A stretch of DNA of 64,000 nucleotides from Octopus vulgaris (lineage: Eukaryota), in NCBI GenBank assembly GCA_951406725.2, contig OX597834.1:25730001-25794000 (forward strand), read 5' to 3'. A program made the position numbers and the translations under genes. Shown here one piece after another: positions 26,311-39,189 of the stretch (its first letter is position 1; each line of letters opens with the position of its first letter). The notes under the pieces were generated by a model. The model was not told the origin of the DNA, ran no database searches, and saw nothing but the letters and a program-made list of their open reading frames with translations.

Positions 26311-27473
26311 AATACATTGCATTTTGCATGAGTGGGTGGGCATAAGCTGGAATGGTGCTGGAAAGAGAGGAAGTGCAGTGCTGGCAAGGTGCCAAAACAT
26401 GCCCTCGAGGTATCAGCTTTGGGCTGGTGTCTCCTTTCTGTGTCTTAACTTGCTTGATTGCATTCAGAAGTGAGTTGTTAATGTGGTGGATTCTCCTCTT
26501 TCTACTTTATGGGTCCTGCTTGTAAGCACTGTTCCTCCAAGACTGCACATTTATTTTACAACCAGTGCCTAAAGGGGTAAACGTGTGTGCATAAGCTTTT
26601 CAAGATAAAATTGAATATTTTTGTTAATTGCAGTTGGTTACTCACATGGATATGAAGATACTTTGTAAAGAAACGAAAAAAAAAAAAATTAATAAATAAA
26701 AAGGCAAAATTGCTACAATTTATGCACACACCACAGCAATAAAAATTAGAGGAAATATCGCTTCACCATTATCATCATCATCATTTAACACCCACTCTTC
26801 CATGTTTGCATGGGTCAGATGGAGTTTGTCGAGGAAGATTTTTCTACAGCTGGATGCCCTTCCTGTTGCCAACCCTCAACTGTTTGTAAAAAAAAATGTA
26901 ATATTTTCCCATAGAAGACTGGATATGAAAAACTTGAAGTTGTTCGTGTATGATAACACTGATGCTCATTTACAACCATCATGTGACGTCTAGAGAGGGG
27001 GGCACACAAACACACACATTTGTGTGCATGCATGTCCACACACACTACACACATACACTGACACATACCTATATATGATCTTTTAGTTTCTGTCATCCAA
27101 ATCCACTCACACAGCTTTGGTTTGGCCCAGGGTTATAGTAGAAGACATTTGCCCAAGGTTCCACACAGTGGGACTGAACCCAAGACCACATGATTGGAAA
27201 GTGAGCTTTTTAACACATAGCCATGCTTGTACCTCTTGCTTGGAGGTTTCATTTTTGGTGTCATTTCTCAGATTGGTTACCTTTCCTGTATTAAACATTG
27301 CCAAGAGTATACTGAGCATAAATTATCCTGTCCCTAGCACCAAAGAGGTTGTCATGTCCCCAGCAACACCAAACAGTTCTCTTTCTACTTCAGCTTTCCT
27401 CTATTCTTTCACCAACCACTCTACAGACTCTGCTTTATTGTAGCATTCTTTGTAAATATTTGTTTTGGCTTAA

Positions 27474-27866
27474 CTCTTTAGTGTTTAAACCGGCCATATC
27501 CAGCCCAAATATTCTACATGTTTTATATTCAGACTGGCAATATCTAGCCTCTCACACCTAACCTACATTGACATTCTAAAAATAAACAATCACATTATTG
27601 AAACTACACTCACGGAGTGGTTGGCGTTAGGAAGGGGCATCCAGCTGTAGAAACACCGCCAGATCTGACTGGCCTGGTACAGCCTTCGGGCTTCCCAGAC
27701 CCCAGTTAAACCGTCCAACCCATGCTAGCATGGAAAGCGGACGTTAAACGATGATGATGATCATCATCATTGAAACCTCAAAAGCTATAAGATAATGCAG
27801 GATTAATTAAAAACAATTTGAGTAAAAAAATATTACATTTAACAGAGTAATCTGAACACTAAAGGG
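27474..27866. mobile_element. piggyBac-type MITE family 1 interrupted by an RTE tail (27605-27761)
   Basis: TTAA on both sides; the insert is flanked by duplicated ATTGAAAC (27597-27604, 27769-27776). Confidence 0.85.
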
Positions 27867-27912
27867 TTAAACTTTTTGTAAACATATTTTTAATTTCTTA
27901 TATTTCTATTAC

Positions 27913-28330
27913 TCTCTCTCTCTTTTCTCTCTTTTACTTGTTTCAGTCATTTGACTGTGGCCATGCTGGAGCACTGCGTTTAGTCGAGCAAATCGACCCC
28001 AGGACTTATTCTTTGGAAGCCTAGTACTTATTCTATCGGTCTTTTTTGCCGAACTAAGTTATGGGGACGTAAATATACCAGCATCAGTTGTCAAGTGATG
28101 TTGGGGAGACAAACACAGACACACACACATATACACTCATATATATACATACATATATATATATATGATGGGCTTCTTTCAGTTTCTGTGTACCAAATCC
28201 ACTCACAAGGCTTTGGTCGACCCTAGGCTATAGTAGAAGACACTTGACCAAGGTGCCACACAATGGGAATGAACCTGGAACCATGTGGTTGGTAAACAAG
28301 CTACTTACCACACAGCCACTCCTGTGCCTA
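27913..28330 (-). mobile_element. SINE family A
   Basis: Full-length reverse copy. Confidence 0.85.
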
Positions 28331-28780
28331 TAAATCCTTAAATCCTTAAAAATGTTTTAGCCCGAAGGCTGCGGCCATGCTGGGGCACCACCTATGTTGG
28401 AATCGTTAAAATAATGAATTTTGGATGGATTCACTAAAATAATTAACCTTGTTATTAAGCCTTTTTGGAACATAACCTTTTTGATCCATGCCCCTGAGAC
28501 TGCCCCTTGTTCTGTGCCACAAACTTCCTGTTATAAAATGCGCTAAATTAGAACATTGCATTAAAATTTCATGTTAATTTATGCTCCAAACCTCAGCAAT
28601 GACAAATTTTTTCTTTACTAAGTCCTTCATTTTTTTTTTCAAAATAAATTGAAACAAAGATACCGTATTGTGATAAAAATATGGTAACAAAATGTTTAAT
28701 AATAACACCGAGTTTCTACTACATTTATTGATGTACCAATTGTTTTATTTATATTTATTTTGATTTTTTTTTTTTTTCAG

Positions 28781-28866
28781 GGAATAGCTATTTATGAAGT
28801 GGATGAAGATCAGCCATGCATGGAATGTGGTGATAGATGTCCTGGTTTTAAGAGTCATCCCTGGAG
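28781..28866 (+). CDS. Internal coding exon of a PET-LIM protein (LIMPETin/LIM-9/Limpet-like; testin/prickle superfamily), Cys-rich N-terminal region
   Basis: Poly-T tract and CAG acceptor ending at 28780; GTGAGT donor at 28867. Reads GIAIYEVDEDQPCMECGDRCPGFKSHPW(R), matching the PCxxCxxxCxGFxxHxWR pattern of testin/prickle/LIMPETin proteins. 86 nt, phase 0 to 2, joins the next exon in frame. Confidence 0.9.
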
Positions 28867-29212
28867 GTGAGTAGCAAAAGGAAGAATGGAAGTAAAAACA
28901 TTAATTCTTAAAATTAAACGTTCCACCCTTCATCTCTCAATCTCTAATCCCTTCATTCCTTACCTATCTATTCCATTATTCTGCTGCCCCACTCTCTTGT
29001 CAATTTTCACCCCCTCTTCTCTGAGCCTCTACTATTCCTAAACCTCATCCTTCTCTCATTCTTATCTCTACCTCCACCCCCTTGTACTTACTGTTGATTC
29101 CCATCTCTACATTGTTCACTCCTACCTCTCCTTTCTAACCATCTCCCACTCTCCCCACTCTCATTCTTGCACTCTTTACCCACCCTTCTTTATCTTCTGT
29201 CCCCACAGTCGT

Positions 29213-29930
29213 TCTTTATCTTTTTACTTGGATCAGTCATTAGACTGTAGCCATGCTGGGGCACTGCCTTGAAAGGTATTAGTCTGGCAAATTTATCTCA
29301 GCAATTTCTTTTTTAAGTCAGGTACTTATTTTATCAATACTTTTGTCAAACTGCTAAGTTATGGGGAGGTAAGCAAACCAACACCAGTTGTCAAGTGGTG
29401 GTAGGAATAGACACAAAGGCACATATATACATATGTACACACAACTGGCTAGAGCAGCCAACTGGCTTCTGTGCTGGTGGCATGTAAAAGGGCACCATTT
29501 GTTACCAACGTTGCCTTACTGGCACCTGTGCTGGTGGCATGTGTAAAAAGATTTGAGCGAGGTCGTTGCCAGTACCGCCTGACTGGCCCCCGTGCCAGTG
29601 GCACGTAAAAAGCACGCACTACACTCTTGGAGTGGTTGGCGTTAGAAAGGGCATGAAGCTGTAGAAACTCTGCTGAATCAAGATTGGAGCCTGGTGAAGC
29701 CATCTGATACGCTAGCCCTCAGTCAAATCGTCCAACCCATGCTAGCATGGAAAGCGGACATTAAACGATGATGATGATACACACACACTCACATCATTTA
29801 GTTTCCATCTACCAAACTCACAAAGATTTGGTTGGCCCAGGACTATAGTAAAAACACAAGGTGCCATGCAGTGGGACTGAACCTAGAACCATGTGGTTGG
29901 GAAACAAACCTTTTACTACACAGCCACACC
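29213..29930 (-). mobile_element. Old SINE A interrupted at its microsatellite by an RTE 3' end (29441-29777, +)
   Basis: SINE tail at 29213-29440, RTE UTR ending GATGATGAT, then the SINE head resumes at about 29780. Confidence 0.75.
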
Positions 29931-30073
29931 GCTACCTTCTTACAAAAATTGCTCAGAACCAGTATCTTGTGGTATTTGTTTACCCTCCTTCATAGTCTGA
30001 ATTAGAAATTTCTATCCATGTTAGCATTGCAAACATTCCTCTGAGGGGTTAGTAAAATAATATTATAGTATCA

Positions 30074-30468
30074 CTAGCAGTATTGCCCAGCATTGCTCGG
30101 GTTTGTTCCAACCCTTTAGAATTGGAATTTTTGAAAAGTAAAAATTTTGCATTATGTAGCTTGTTATTCTCTTTAAGTAAACATTTTTCTGGTTGAAATA
30201 CACCAAAAAACGGTGACACAGCAGTAAAAAAAATCGTAAAAAATAGGGATTTTCATAGAAAAAAAGCACCTTTTTTATGTAAATAATTTTTGGTGTTAAC
30301 ATGGTCCGATTTGAATTTTTTCTTCTATGGAAGGAAGAGCAAGCCTTCTTCTATCATACTCTCAATTTTGGTCAACTTGCGCTGCAGGGTCTCGGAGGAG
30401 ATAGTGTTAGTTGAAGGCTACCAATCCTGCCACACACAGACAATTTCAGCTTTATATATATAGAGAGA
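30074..30468 (-). mobile_element. Non-autonomous Helitron
   Basis: Minus strand begins A|TCTCTCTATATATATAAAG and ends CTAG|T, with a subterminal imperfect palindrome CCCGAGCAATGCTGGG and no TSD. Confidence 0.78.
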
Positions 30469-31300
30469 TTAAATGGTACTTTATTGGAATCGATGTTAAT
30501 GACTCTACCATTGTGTCTGTATGTTAGTTTCCCTTTGTGCACCTCCAAAACATTGCTGAACTACCAGTGGGGACATTGTTGTCATTTCTCCTGTTGACAG
30601 ATCATCCATTAGCTTTGTGCCTTCAGAAATCTTAAAAAAACCTCCCCCAAAAAATAATACTTCACACAAAAACCTTACAAATAAAATATTACCATACTCA
30701 GCCATAAACAGTAATGCAAACCCTACTACCCCATAATCAACATTAAATCCAGAAACTAATTCTGAGTCTCCTTCAGCAAAATCAAATGGAGCTCAATGCT
30801 TGATAAAAAAAAAAACATAAGAAAAACAGGTAAGGGTTAGCTACAGGAAGAGCATCCAGCTGTACAACAATGCCTCAATAATATATTTGTCTAATCCTGA
30901 GTAGAGCGATGGTCAGTGACCTTCCAGCCTTGGCCACCACCTCTTAAGAGTATATAGGATTACGTTATTTAACATGTCCTTCTCCTTAACATTATTGTAT
31001 TGAAATAACAACGTAGTTTATTTAAGGTTTGGATGTGTTTAGCTGTTGTCTCCATGGTAACTGAAGAATCTGTTCAATAAGTTGCTGTATCAATCACCAA
31101 TAAATAAACAGTTTTATCTGTGTTACATTTGTAGGGTTCAATAAATACACAAAATATCAATGAGAGGTGGAGGAAAGAATTCTAAATGAGATGGGTTGAC
31201 AACACTATTCATTAATCAAACAATCACTGATCCTTTAGTGTGTTTTGTGAGTTTTTGCACACACACACACACACATATGAAAGATTGTTTGAATTAGTTC

Positions 31301-31383
31301 ACTCTGATGAAATTGCAGCGACTAGGATGCATAATTGCATATGGAACAATGTGTAGTTGCTGCAATTGAAACATATGTTGGTC
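31301..31383 (+). ncRNA. Degenerate type I hammerhead ribozyme motif
   Basis: CTGATGA at 31304-31310; 14-bp stem II AATTGCAGCGACTA / TAGTTGCTGCAATT; GAAA at 31368-31371; loopless palindromic stem III A-CATATG-U; stem I only about 3 bp. Confidence 0.55.
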
Positions 31384-31462
31384 ATTACTATACATACTGT
31401 AGAAAACTTTTTAAACAGAAAGTTTTGAATGTGAATAAATCTCCTCTCTCCTCTTCATTTTC

Positions 31463-31511
<49 letters not shown>

Positions 31512-31810
31512 TATATAGATAGATAGATATAGATATATAGATGCAGCACAGAATTTTGTCAGCAAACAGGTCGTGGTCTCAAAGCAACGGAAATATTTTG
31601 ACAAATTTAATTTAAGTGTTGAAGTGAATCTAACGGATTTTGTGTGTTTCTTAAATGGCTTATAAACACCTTCCATGCTGCAATTGTTTCCTTTCCAGCA
31701 CACGATCTCAGATCAGGTCACTTGTTATGCAAGTACATCTCTGTAATATATATATATTTTTTCTCTAGTTTCAGCTCAGAGTTGTGGCCATGCTGATGCA
31801 CCGCCGTTTG

Positions 31811-31845
<35 letters not shown>

Positions 31846-31847
31846 TG

Positions 31848-32460
31848 TCATCATCAACATTTAATATTCGTTTTCCATCAACATTTAATATTCGTTTTCC
31901 ATGCTAGCAGGGGTTGAATGACTTGACAGGAACTGGCAAGGCCAGAGGCTGCACCAGGCTCCATTCTCTGTTCTGTCATGGTTTCTACAGCTGGATGCCC
32001 TTCCTAATGCCAACCACTCTACACTGTACTGGGTGCTTTTTATGTTACACCATCACCAGTGCTTTTTCCATGGCACCTTGGTTTTAGGATCTCAGTTCTA
32101 TTGTGGGAGGTGGGTCTTCTCAAGTACACCAGTGTGCCACCTATCTCGATCCTCTGCCATCACCTTTGTAAGGTTCAGCATTTTGTGATCGACCTTCAGT
32201 ACTTCATCCCATGTCTTCCTGGGTCTCCCTCTTTCACACCTTCCCTCCACTTCAAGTGATTGGCACTTCTTTATGCACCTGTCCTCATCCATCTGCATCA
32301 CATGACCAAACCACCACAGTCATCTCCTCTCTTGCACACTGCATCTAATTCCTCTTATGCTCATCTTCACTCTCAACACACTAGTGCTCTGATTCACATG
32401 CACACTGACATTGCATATCTAGCAGAGCATACCAGCTTCATTTCTCTCCAGCCTCCACAT
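31848..32460 (-). mobile_element. RTE-clade LINE 3' portion (ORF end and 3' UTR)
   Basis: MMQMDEDRCIKKCQSLEVEGRCERGRPRKTWDEVLKVD...DRDRW followed by the same UTR seen in the many short (GAT)n-tailed fragments. Confidence 0.8.
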
Positions 32461-33909
32461 ACCCTCATCTCACTACCATGCAGCATCGTAGTTCAAAGAC
32501 ATACATCCTACAATCATCCCTCATATACATGTACCACTTTCTTTGTTAACCTTCCAACTATTCCACTGCACCTCTTGTGTCCATAGCCTGCACTGGGTAC
32601 ACCCAATAGAATTTCTGCCTACACCCTTCCTACATATCAAGAAGGGCCATTTATTGGAAGAGTGAAGGGTCCTGTCTGATTTATATATAATTTGGCATAT
32701 AAACCAACATTACCATTCTCTCTTTCTCCCCTCTCCCCCTCCCCTCCCCCTCTGTTTCTCTACCTTTCTCTCTCTCACACACACAGACACACATGCTGTT
32801 ATTATCCTCATCATCAGGGGTTTTACATCAGCTTTCTATGCTGGCATGGGTTGGATGGTTAAACAAGATCCAGTTAGTTTGAGGACCCTACTTTGCTACA
32901 GCGTCAGGTTTGACATGGTTTCTTAAATTCCCCTGTTACGACTTAGGAGACTATCAATAAAAAGAAACACGATTTGCATGGCTCTCACAAGTAAGCCATG
33001 TGCTCCTAGTTTCCTCACTGATCATCAGATCACAGAGTGAAGGCTTTCTGCAAGGTCAACAAATACTAAATACTTCTGCAGTTTCCTTGCGTAAGAAGAA
33101 AACTACTTCTTCCTGGTACAAAACCAAACTGCATCTCATCTAGGCTAATTCTCTTCATAATCAATTGGGCTGTAATTCTTTACATGATTGTCATGACCTG
33201 TTCCAAGCAATATGATATCCCTGTAATTAACTCTAAGACATCTATGTGTGTGTGTGTATGCATGGACACACAGACACACCACATTTATAAATGAAATGTA
33301 AGCTAAATACTGAAGCATGAAATGGCAAAGCCTGATGAAACCCAGGTTTTCCAGCCAGTTTTGGTTCCAACTGACTGATTCAAATAAATAATATATTTAC
33401 ACACAGACACACACACAGAAATACACACACATATTTATATTCTTTCCCCATTTTTTTCATCCCTTCTTTGTGCGTTTTTCCCCTCAACACTTCTGTTCTT
33501 TTGCTTATTTTTCCTTTTTTCTTCCTTCCTCATCTTTCCTCTGGTTTTGTTTGTTTTTTGTAATTTTTTTCCTCTTCATTTTCCTTCGTTCTTCTTTACA
33601 TCCCCTTGATACTCCTCCCCTTCCTCCTAAACCCCTCGTCCACCTCTGTTTCTCTGACACTTCTACTTCCACTCATAAACCTACCATACTTTATAATTCC
33701 ATATTTGATCAGCTGAAAGAGATGATAAATCACTGTTGACTCTATTTACAGATGTTCAGTCTAGACAGTTCCCACCACCACTATCATCATCATCATCACC
33801 TGGTAGTTTCCCTTTAACGTGACATCTCCATTGGTTCCTTGATCTTCATTTATCATATCAGAAGCACTGCTTAGAGCTGAGTTAGAGCCATACTACGAAC
33901 TGGCCTTAA

Positions 33910-34566
33910 CCCTTTAGCATTTAAACTGGCCATATCTGGCCAAAATAATCCACCTGTTTTATTTTCAAATTGGCCAGATCCTGCCTCTTGCACTCACCTT
34001 AAAATATTATCCTAAAAGTAAACAATTACGTCATTGAGATCTCAAAGCTACAAATTTAGTGCATGACAAATGCAAATCAATGTGAATAAATAAGCATTAT
34101 ATTTGACAGAGAAATCTGGGCAGAATTCTGCTTTAAGTACCCCAGATAATCCCTCATAACTTTTATATTTTTTTGGAATTCATATGAGTATTTTCTTATT
34201 TTTCTAACTTCTTTTTTTCTTTTTTAAATCAGTTTCAAATACAGACAATCTGAATTTTTTTTGCTTAAATCCTAGGAATAAACCATTACATGTGTTTATG
34301 GTTAGAAAGATATTGAAAAAACATTAATATGTCAGTGAGAAAGAAATGAGGAGGGTATCAGGTGATTGTGAGATGAGGTAAAAATAGCAGTTAAATAGCT
34401 CTTTAAATCACACACAAAATTTTTTTTTTTTTTCATAATCATGAATTCTTGCATGCAAAATACAAATTTGTGAGAATTTTCTGAAAATTCCTAAAAATAA
34501 ATAAGTTACGAGGTGTTATATGGTGTGCTTAAAGCAGATGTCCTCTGCAATCTGAATGTTAAAGGA
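33910..34566. mobile_element. piggyBac-type MITE family 1 interrupted by a long-TIR MITE
   Basis: TTAA-CCCTTTAGC left end; the right end resumes AATCTGAATGTTAAAGGA-TTAA after the insert. Confidence 0.78.
34119..34548. mobile_element. MITE with about 55-bp imperfect TIRs, superfamily unassigned
   Basis: TCTGCTTTAAGTACCCCAGATAATCCCTCATAACTT is the imperfect reverse complement of AAGTTACGAGGTGTTATATGGTGTGCTTAAAGCAGA; AATCTG is duplicated at 34113-34118 and 34549-34554. Confidence 0.75.
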
Positions 34567-35867
34567 TTAAATATGGTAGTCATTGTATCATATCATAGAC
34601 TTATGTAATAAAATGGAAGGCTTCTTTATGTTTTAGAGCATTTACTAGAGAAGACGTTCATACAATATAATTTAAAGAAATATTCAGACCAAACAATGTA
34701 TAAGACACATGTAATAGGCCTTTGTTGGAAATTCTACATTTGAGCAAGCTTTTACACATCTTATGCATATTCCCACTGCTGTGGTGTGTCTTCTTCGTTG
34801 ATCATTTCAGGTTGAATAAGTAGCTGTGAAAACAACTATTGCAGAATGAATGCCAATGGGGAAAACGAATCACTCTGAAATTTTGGTGTTCAATTGAATT
34901 AGAAGCAACTTTAATTAATCCATGCTTGTTTTTTCTTTTGCAAGTATGAGAATTGTAAAAACAAATGTTCGTACACTTGCTCTATGATCATTCTATTGAG
35001 CCTCTGAACAAGGTACATAACTCTGCTGGCTTCAGTTTCCCTGGCTGAAGGTGGGTGGGGAAGAACAATTAGAAGCCATTCGTATTTTATAGTTGAGTAA
35101 TTAACAGCGAGAAGGATATCAATCCAACGGTAAGACAAATTGGTTCAAGAAATGAATATGAGGGCACCTCATTGCAGTTGCTCAACCTGTTAGAAATAGC
35201 AGCCAAATATTAACTCAAATTAAATCCTACCATCTTAACAAAGGAAAAGCTTTTGTATATCTTGTCATAGGTCTGCACTTGGAAAGTTCTTTGCTAAGGC
35301 ACAGGCCTAGTAAGGTTTCTTTCTTTATGGAAGGCTAATAGTTGTACATGCATGTAAGACTCCTCTTCACTACCGATGTAGTTCAGTAAAGGCTGATATA
35401 TTCATGCATTGAGTACACTTTTTTTTTGTTTCATACTCCTCATCACTTTGTATGAAGCCATTTCCCTCAATACTATTCCCACCTCAGTCGAGAGACCTTG
35501 TCTCGGTGACCTCACATCTGCCGGTTCCGCATAAAAAGCACCTAATACACTGTGTAAGGTGGTTGGTGCTAGGAAGGGCATCCAGCCATGGAGACATCTT
35601 AAAGCGGGCATTGGAGCTTGGCACAGTCTTCTGGCTCTTCAGGTCCTGTCAAACTGTCCAAGCCATGCCAGCACGGATAATGGAAGTCAGACGTTAATGA
35701 TGTCAACGACCCCCACCACCAAGCATGTGCACACATGCACATTCCTCTTTCTCCCTTCCTCTTTCTCCCTCTCTCCTCCCTTTTCCCTCCTCTCTCTCCC
35801 CTCTCTCTCTGTACTGCACCCTCTTTCCTCTTTTCTTGGAATACTTCATTGAATGTGTTGACTACTA

Positions 35868-36183
35868 TAGGCGCAGGAGTGGCTGTGTGGTAAGTGGCCG
35901 GGTTCAGTCCCACTGTGTGGCACCTTGGGCAAGTGTCTTCTACTATAGCCTCGGGCCGACCAAAGCCTTGTGAGTGGATTTGTGTGTCTGTGTTTGTCCC
36001 CCCAACATCGCTTGACAACCGATGCTGGTGTGTTTATGTCCCTGTAACTTAGTGGTTCGGTAAAAGAGACCAATAGAATAAGTACTAGGCTTACAAAGAA
36101 TAAATCCTGGCGGTCGATTTGCTTGACCAAAGGTGATGCTCCGGCATGGCCACAGTCACATGACTGAAACAAGTAAAAGAGTA
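35868..36183 (+). mobile_element. SINE family A with internal deletions
   Basis: Head and tail intact; ends about 190 bp upstream of the exon at 36372. Confidence 0.85.
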
Positions 36184-36371
36184 CCAGTGTGTTTATTGAC
36201 TGTAATCCCAGTTTTAAAAACTGTCTTTGAATTTACCCATTAGCTCCACTCAGTGTCCACTGCTACCACAGATAAAGACATAATAAAGCTAAATGTCTGT
36301 CACTCTTTAAACGATTTCTCTTCTAATGTCTACAATGGGATTGTGATTTATGTTTTGATTTCTTTTGTCAG

Positions 36372-36543
36372 AAATATTTGCAAATTATGTCGATGTCCTC
36401 GAGAATCTCATGATGTCTACCACTGTGAATTTATTGATGTCCGGGATCGCTTGGGTTGGCCAAAAATGAATGATGAAGATTTAAAAGAAAGTACATTGCG
36501 AGAAGGTTTTACCTGGGTTCCCTCAGGCCTTTCTCGGCCACAG
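36372..36543 (+). CDS. Internal coding exon of the PET-LIM protein (end of Cys-rich region, start of PET domain)
   Basis: TTTTGTCAG acceptor, GTGAGT donor; 172 nt, phase 2 to 0. Reads (R)NICKLCRCPRESHDVYHCEFIDVRDRLGWPKMNDEDLKESTLREGFTWVPSGLSRPQ, with the ICxxCxCPRExH and (Y/F)xWVPxGL motifs. Confidence 0.92.
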
Positions 36544-36808
36544 GTGAGTTTGGTTGTCTTTTTGTTTTGAATTTTGTTTTCTTTTTATTATCTTTCATAA
36601 ACTGAAAAACTAGAGGAAGGGTAACAACAATGACTTTTTCGGTAGGGCATCCTGAAAGTTTTGAGGAAAAAAGGAGGAAGATCCTGATATCCCCAGGCTA
36701 AATACTTGCAGCCGAGTAGCCAGATGATAGTATTAAACCAAGTAATGGTTCATTTCTATGAAATACATGTAGTATTTTATAGATTACCTTTATAAAATGT
36801 ATGCAGTA

Positions 36809-37165
36809 TCTCTCTATATATAAACGGCAAAATGTCTCTGTGTGTGTGTCCTTTATACAAATCCACAGTTTTTCAGTTAGAGGGCTCGCACTTTCTATGG
36901 TCATTCAAAACCATCCAAGGGTGGTCTTGCACATCTTTACATTTCCCCGGTCACCCCGCAAAGGCATTAAAAATTCAATAGAAGTGAATTTTCTATCCAA
37001 AACCCAATCAAAATGCCCGAAACTTGATACGCCCAATTGAATGCCAACTAGCTGTATGTGATTGGTCAGAGATTTGGACAGTGCTCGCATGTATGTGCGC
37101 ACGCACACAGCTGTATATGTATGCACTTAGCACTATGACCCAGCATTGCCAGGTCATAGTGCTAG
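36809..37165 (+). mobile_element. Non-autonomous Helitron
   Basis: A|TCTCTCTATATATAAA start, CTAG|T end, 13-bp hairpin TAGCACTATGACC / GGTCATAGTGCTA, no TSD. Confidence 0.82.
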
Positions 37166-37377
37166 TTTTATATAAATTACTTGAAACATATTTTCAAATG
37201 ATTTTGATTTCCATTTTGCATTCAATTTTCAGTGTTGATACAGACACAGGATAGATTTTGAAGACTGTTGTTATTACAGGGGGACCCCATATTATGGGGA
37301 CTGGTTATGGTTATAGATATAGATTGTATTGTTATGGGGATTTTTTTAGGGTTTTTTTTTTCTGTAAAATATTGTTT

Positions 37378-37731
37378 CATCTTTTACTTGTTTCAGTCAT
37401 TAGACAGTGGCCATACTGGGGCACTGCCAAAAAAAAATTCTTTTAGTGGAATGAATCGACCCCAGGACTTATTTTCTGAAGCCTGGTACTTATTCTATTA
37501 GTCTCTTTTGCTGAACCACTAAGTTACGGGGACATAAACATACCAACACCGAGTTGTCAAGCAGTAGTGGAGGGGAGAAACACAGATACAAAGACACATA
37601 CACATACTCACACTTATACATATTCAAGCTTCTTTCAGTTTCCATCTGCCAAATCCACTCACAAGTCTTTGATCAGCTTGAAGTTATATTGGAAGACATT
37701 TGTTAAAGGTGCCACAGAATAGCACTGAACT
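37378..37731 (-). mobile_element. SINE family A, older copy
   Basis: Reverse-complement match to family A. Confidence 0.8.
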
Positions 37732-37780
37732 ATGTGTGTTTATATATTACACACATATATACATACACACACACACACAT

Positions 37781-38012
37781 ATATTTCTTTACTACCCACA
37801 AGGGGCTAAACACAGAGGGGACAAACAAGGACAGACAGACAGATTATGTCGATTATATCGATCCCAGTGCGTAACTGGTACTTATTTAATTGACCCCGAA
37901 AGGATGAAAGGCAAAGTCGACCTCGGCGGAATTTGAACTCAGAACGTAACGGCAGACGAAATACGGCTATGCATTTCGCCCTGCGTGCTAACGTTTCTGC
38001 CAGCTCGCCTCC
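37781..38012 (-). mobile_element. SINE family B, young monomer
   Basis: Close reverse complement of 44388-44617. Confidence 0.85.
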
Positions 38013-38036
38013 TTATCTATCTATATACATACACAT

Positions 38037-38067
<31 letters not shown>

Positions 38068-38300
38068 CATACACACACACACACACACACAGAGTAAACC
38101 TGATTTATCAAGAAAGGAAAGAGACTTGTTGGAAGGTAATGATGAAAATGTGGCTATGGGTGTGTCTGAATTACGGTAATTACGTAATATGTAATCTGTT
38201 TTTGATCAACAGACGTTGAGTAAGAAAACTCGACTGAATCTGTGGTGAAGTCTAACTCAGGAATCCTCTCTCAATATCAGAAATATCCATGGTAGGGTGA

Positions 38301-38690
38301 GGAAGCACTCCGTCGGTTACGACGATGAGGGTTCCGATTGATCCGAATCAACGGAACAGCCTGCTCGTGAAATTAACGTGTAAGTGGCTGAGGACTCCAC
38401 AGACACGTGCACCCTTAATGTAGTTCTCGGGGATATTCAGCGTGACACAGAGTGTGACAAGGCTGGCCCCTTGAAATACAGGTACAACAGAAAAGAAACA
38501 GGAAGTAAGAGTGAGAGAAAGTTGTGGTGAAAGAGTACAGCAGGGATCACCACCATCCCTGTCGGAGCCTCGTGGAGCTTTAGGTGTTTTCGCTCAATAA
38601 ACACTCACAACGCCTGGTCTGGGAATCGAAACCACGATCCTATGACTGCGAGTCCGCTGCCCTAACCACTGGCCATTGCGCCTCCACTAC
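38301..38690 (-). mobile_element. SINE family C (tRNA-derived head)
   Basis: Minus head GGAGGCGCAATGGCCAGTGGTTAGGGCAGCGGACTC...GGTTTCGATTCCC; TSD GGTAGGGTGA at 38291-38300 and 38691-38700. Confidence 0.88.
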
Positions 38691-38804
38691 GGTAGGGTGA
38701 AATACTGTGGTGAGAGGAAAGATTTAGCTAGTGTGTGTGTGTGTATGGCTGTATGTGTGTATATACTCATACGTGTGTGTGTGTAATCTTTTATCTTTCG
38801 TCTG

Positions 38805-39189
38805 TTACTTGTTTCAATCATTAGACTGTTGCCATGCTGGAGCACTGCTTTGAAGAATGTCTAGTCAAATGAATTGACCCTGGTACTTACGGTTTTATCA
38901 AGTCTGGTACTGATCTTTAAGGTTTCTTTTGGTGGACCGCTAAGTTATGAGGATATAATCACATCAACACCAGTTGAGAAGCAGTGGTGGGGGACGAAAC
39001 ACACACACACACACACACATATACTATGGACTTCTTTCAGCTTCTGCCTACCAAATCCACACTCAAGGCTTTGGCCGGCCCAAGGCTATAATAGAAGACA
39101 CTTGCCCAAGGTACCATGCAGTGGTATTGAACCCAGAACTATGTGGTTGGGAAGCAGGCTTCTTACTACACAGCCATGCCTGTGCCTAA
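38805..39189 (-). mobile_element. SINE family A, older copy
   Basis: Reverse-complement match to family A. Confidence 0.78.

Noticed and set aside
38610-38690. tRNA-like sequence (also 46005-46080 and the SINE A/B heads)
   Set aside because: No complete cloverleaf or acceptor stem; continues into a SINE body flanked by TSDs.
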